From Hemitrygon akajei (lineage: Eukaryota), in NCBI RefSeq assembly GCF_048418815.1, contig NC_133154.1:260043-324042 (forward strand): DNA of 64,000 nt, written 5' to 3'. The notes under the pieces are model-generated. The model worked only from the letters and a program-made list of their open reading frames with translations, searched no databases and was not told the DNA's origin. The position numbers and the translations under genes were made by a program. This document shows positions 60,517 to 64,000 of the stretch, one piece after another. Position 1 is the stretch's first letter; each line of letters starts with the position of its first letter.

Positions 60517-60840
60517 TGCTGGAGGAACTCAGCAAACCAGACAGCATCTATGGAAAAGAGTACAGTCAACATTTTGGGCTGAGACCCTTTAACAGGTCCA
60601 GAACTACAGGGCACAGCCTCAAAATTGAAGGACAACCTTTTAGAACAAAAGTAAGGAGAATTTTTTTTTTACCCAGAGAGTAGTGAATCTGTGGAATGTT
60701 TTGCCGCAGGTCCTGCTGAAGGGTCTCAGCCCGAAATGCCAACTGTACTCTTTTCCATAGATGCTGCCTAGCCTACTGAGTTCGTCCAGCGTTTTGTGTG
60801 TGTTGCTTGTATTTCCAGCATCTGCAGATTTTCTCTTGTT
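60517..60840. mobile_element. PLE-terminus-derived inverted-repeat element: ~90-bp arms (60517-60605 and 60708-60800) around a ~100-bp CR1-tail-like spacer, plus PLE tail (60800-60840)
   Basis: Right arm is the reverse complement of the left arm (acacacaaattgctggaggaactcagcaaaccagacagcatctatggaaaagagtacagtcaacattttgggctgagaccctttaacaggtcc). The spacer encodes GHSLKIEGQPFRTKVRRIFF..RVVNLWNVLPQ. Confidence 0.55.
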
Positions 60841-61189
60841 TGAGATAATGCTGAGCCTTTGTAAGACACTAGTCAGGCTGCACATGGAGTATTGTCAACA
60901 TTTTTGGGCCCCATATCTCAGGAAGGATGTGTTGTCATTGGAGAAAATCCAGAGTAGATCCACAAGATTCTGGGACATATGAACAGTGCATATATTTAAG
61001 GCGGAAGTTGACGTTTTCCTGATCAGTCAGAGCTTCAAAGGATATGGCAAGAAGGCAGGTGTATGGGATCAGCCATGATGGGATAGCAGAGCAGACTCAA
61101 TGGGCTGAATGGCCTAATTCTGCTTTCATTGGACAGCTAATTGAGTCTAAGGGTTGGCCTTGACTATATTTCAAAAATATGAAACATCC

Positions 61190-61620
61190 CTACATTCGTA
61201 TTGTATGAAGTTCTGGGTCACCCGACTACAGGAATGATATGGAGGCTTTGGAAAGAGTGCAGAAGAGCTTCACCAGGATGCTTTCTACATTAGAGGGCAC
61301 GAGATATATGGTGAAGGTGGAAAATCATAGTATATGGTGAAATACAGTAAATGGACTTTAATAATAAATTTACTTTGAATTTTGAAGACTTGAGTTGTTT
61401 TCTCTGGAGCAGCGGAGGCGAACAGGAGACTTAATAGAGATTTGTAAGTTTGGGTAGTCTCTGCATAGAGGTATCACCAAGAGGGTACAGTCTCAGGGAC
61501 GAAATGGGGAAGGTTTCCCCACACAGAGAGTTGGTGATAACCAGAAAGTGCTGCCAGCAGAGATGTTGGCATCAAAGCTAGTCACTGATTATAACAGTGG
61601 TTAAGTAGGCAAGATATGCA
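61190..61620 (+). mobile_element. CR1-like LINE tail fragment
   Basis: Translation relics …LHHRNDMEALERVQKSFTRML…LFSLEQRRRTGDLIEICK…FPTQRVGDNQK. Confidence 0.5.
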
Positions 61621-61759
61621 CCAAGGTAGGCAACAAGGAGGTCTTACTGCAGACAAGTGGGATTGATGTAGAAGGGGAAAAGGTTTGGTGTAGATATTAC
61701 AGGCAAAAGTACAACTGTACAACTACCATCTGTACCCCCATATCTCTCTCACACATATC

Positions 61760-62800
61760 AAAACCATCTAAAATCACTCCATCCAACCAATTCTACCCAA
61801 TTAAACAACATGGTCACCAGTGGAGTGCCTCAGGGATCTGTTCTGGGACCCTTACTCTTCGTGATTTTTATAAATGACCTGGATGAGGAAATGGAGGGAT
61901 GGGTTAGTAAGTTTGCTGATGACACAAAGGTTGGAGGTGTTGTGGACAGTCTGGAAAGCTGTCAGAGGTTACAGCGGGACATTGATGGGATGCAAAACTG
62001 AGCTGAGAAGTTGCAGATGGAGTTCAACCCAGATAAGTGTGAAGTGGTTCATTTTGGTAGGTCAAATATGATGGTAGAATATAGTATTAACGGTAAGACT
62101 CTTGGCAGTGTGGAGGATCAGAGGGATCTTGGGGTCCGAGTCCATTGGACACTCAAAGCGGCTGCGCAAGTTGACTCTGTGGTTAAGAAGGCATACGGTG
62201 TATTGGCCTTCATCAACTGTGGATCTGAATTTAGGAGCCGAGAGGTAATGTTGCAGCTATATAGGATTCTGGTCAGACCCCACTTGGAGTACTGTGCTCA
62301 GTTCTGATCGCCTCACTACAGGAAGGATGTGGAAGCCAAAGAAAGGGTGCAGAGGAGATTTACAAAGATGTTGCCTGGATTGGGGCACATGCCTTATGAG
62401 GATAGGTTGAGTGAACTCGGGCTTTTCTCTTGGAGTGAAGGAGGATGAGAGGTGACCCGATAGAGGTGTATAAGATGATGAGAGGCATTGATTGTGTGGA
62501 TAGTCAGAGGCTTTTTCCCAGGGCTGAAATGGTTGCCACAAGAGGACACAGGTTTAAGGTGCTGGGAAGTAGATACGGAGGAAATGTCAGGGGTAAATTT
62601 TTTACTCAGAGAGTGGTGAGTGCATGGAATGGGCTGCCGACAACGGTGGTGGAGGCAGATACAATAGGATCTTTTAAGAGACTTTTGGATAGGTACATGG
62701 AGCTTAGAAAAATATAGGGCTATAGGTAAACCTAGTAATTTCTAAGGTAGGGAAATGTTCGGCACAACTTTGTGGGCCATAGAGCCTGTATTGTGCTGTA
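61760..62800 (+). mobile_element. CR1-like LINE 3' portion (~1 kb) with canonical terminus
   Basis: ORFs 61810-62001 ([46 protein letters not shown]…[10 protein letters not shown]), 62011-62307 (MQMEFNPDKCEVVHFGRSNMMVEYSINGKTLGSVEDQRDLGV…[12 protein letters not shown]) and 62445-62717 (RGDPIEVYKMMRGIDCVDSQRLFPRAEMVATRGHRFKVLGSRYGGNVRGKFFTQRVVSAWNGLPTTVVEADTIGSFKRLLDRYMELRKI). Terminus …gcctgtattgtgctgtaggttttctatgtatctatc. Confidence 0.65.
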
Positions 62801-64000
62801 GGTTTTCTATGTATCTATCAATAATTAGCAAAGTCACACAATCAGCACTGCCCGATGTCACATCATCAGCATTACCTGATCTTACACCTTCAACATGATC
62901 TGATTTCACAACATCGATACTGTCAGATCTCACACCATCGACACTACCCGATCTCACACCATCAAAACTATCCAATCTCACATTATCAATGCTACCTGAT
63001 CACACACCATTAACACTACTCAATCTCACACCATCAACACTACGCGATCTCACACCATCAATACTCCCCGATTTCACACCATCAATGAAGTTCAATCTTA
63101 CACAATCGACAGTGTCTGCTCTCACTCCGTCAACATTCTCTAATTTCACACCATCAATACTCTCTGATCTCACACCACAAACACTGCTAGATCACACACC
63201 ATCAACACTGCCCAAATTCACATCATCAGCCCTGCCCAATCTCACACCATCAACACCGTCCGATCTCACATCATCAACAATATCCACTCTCACACCATCA
63301 ACACATTTCAATCTCACACCATCATCACTATCCAATCTCATTCCATCAACACTGACCAATTTCACACTATCGACATTGTCCAATCTCACACCATCAACAC
63401 TGCCAATCTCACACCATTAACACTGTCAAATCTCACATTATTAACACAATCCATTCACACACAATTGACACTACCTGACCACACAACATCAACACTGTCC
63501 AATCACACACCATCAATGCTGTCTGATCTTACTCCATCAAAACTAGCTGATCACACACCATCAACACTGCCTGATCTCCCACCGTAAGCACTATCCAATC
63601 TCACACCATCAACGGTGTCCACTCTCACACCATCAACACTATCCGATCTCACACCATCAACACGGTCTGATACCACACTATCAAACTGTCCGATCGCACA
63701 CCATCAAACTGTCCGATCGCACACCATCAACACTGTCCGATCTCACATCATCAACAAAATCCACTTTCACACCATCAACACTGTCCGATCAAAACTACCT
63801 GATCACACACCATCAACAATGTCCACTCCCAGTCCATCAACAGTGTCCGATCTCACACTATCAACACTTTCCGATCTTAATCCATCAACGCTGTCCAATC
63901 TCCCACCATCAATACTGTCTAATCTCACACCAGCAACACTGTTCACTCTCACACCACCGACACTGTCTGATCTCACATCATCAACAAAGTCCACTCTCAC
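62800..64000. repeat. 24-bp minisatellite (consensus about ctcacaccatcaacactgtccgat), at least 50 divergent units, continuing past window end
   Basis: Direct periodicity. Generates octapeptide-repeat artefactual ORFs (62989-63420: …LTPSTLSDLTP…). Confidence 0.8.

Larger units (their letters stand above)
59232..61140 (+). mobile_element. CR1-like LINE (linker, RT, 3' tail) interrupted by two PLE-terminus-derived hairpin inserts
   Basis: ORFs 59229-59528 (…GLMVDKSPGPEGLHPRVLKKVEEI…), 59577-59792 (…QHGFCKKKSCLIN|insert), 60187-60378 (LQQDLDKLEEWAKKWQIEYSVGKCMIIHSGKSN), 60426-60683 (…ALISRGIEYKSKEIMLS|insert…) and 60761-60982 (…LCKTLVRLHMEYCQHFWAPYLRKDVLSLEKIQ). Confidence 0.65.

Overview
Eukaryotic (vertebrate) genomic DNA, not prokaryotic: there are no operons, and the window is a mosaic of retrotransposon debris and low-complexity tracts surrounding one split protein-coding gene. 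The style (CR1-clade LINEs whose ORF1 carries an SGNH esterase domain, Penelope-like elements with GIY-YIG, L2 tails with (ATCT)n, tRNA-SINE) suggests a large, LINE-rich non-mammalian vertebrate genome, possibly a cartilaginous fish; this is an inference, I cannot confirm the species.

(1) A complete TLC-domain gene (TLCD3B/FAM57B-like, 286 aa) lies on the minus strand in 5 coding exons: 45825-45701, 41297-41211, 22320-22104, 21288-21193 and 15714-15379. All have canonical AG/GT splice sites and consistent phases. Its introns, about 4.4, 18.9, 0.8 and 5.5 kb, are filled with transposons, a satellite and kb-scale GA/CT tracts.

(2) At least 30 CR1-clade LINE fragments are present in both orientations, mostly minus, which is the gene's sense strand. 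They include near-complete ORF2 copies and one copy with a preserved 5' end: tandem 160-bp 5'UTR monomers containing a TGACGTCA palindrome, then ORF1 with an esterase domain, then the endonuclease domain.

(3) A Penelope-like element (PLE) at 31775-34663 has about 650-bp inverted pseudo-LTRs, a decayed reverse transcriptase (RT) with YINDC, and a GIY-YIG domain. It is inserted into the endonuclease domain of a plus-strand CR1 with a 13-bp target site duplication (TSD).

(4) Short hairpin elements derived from the PLE terminus are inserted into other LINE ORFs. The PLE pseudo-LTR carries a CUGACGA...GAAA motif compatible with a minimal hammerhead ribozyme.

(5) Other content: L2 LINE fragments (one a 284-aa RT C-terminal ORF inserted exactly into a CR1 3' microsatellite terminus), a Tc1/mariner remnant, and a tRNA-derived SINE with TSD inside a CR1 tail.

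(6) Repeats: a 61-bp satellite in three arrays (5.5-9.0 kb plus, 22.4-23.2 kb inverted, 25.2 kb plus) with a homogenised 120-bp higher-order block, a 24-bp minisatellite (62.8-64 kb), a ~95-bp repeat with poly-C, and an AGGTCA-rich degenerate repeat with DR2-type half-site pairs. There are also (GT)n, (CT)n and (GA)n microsatellites, including an inverted (CT)n-core-(GA)n pair, and kb-long GA/CT low-complexity tracts.

The low-complexity tracts generate many long spurious ORFs in the six-frame track.
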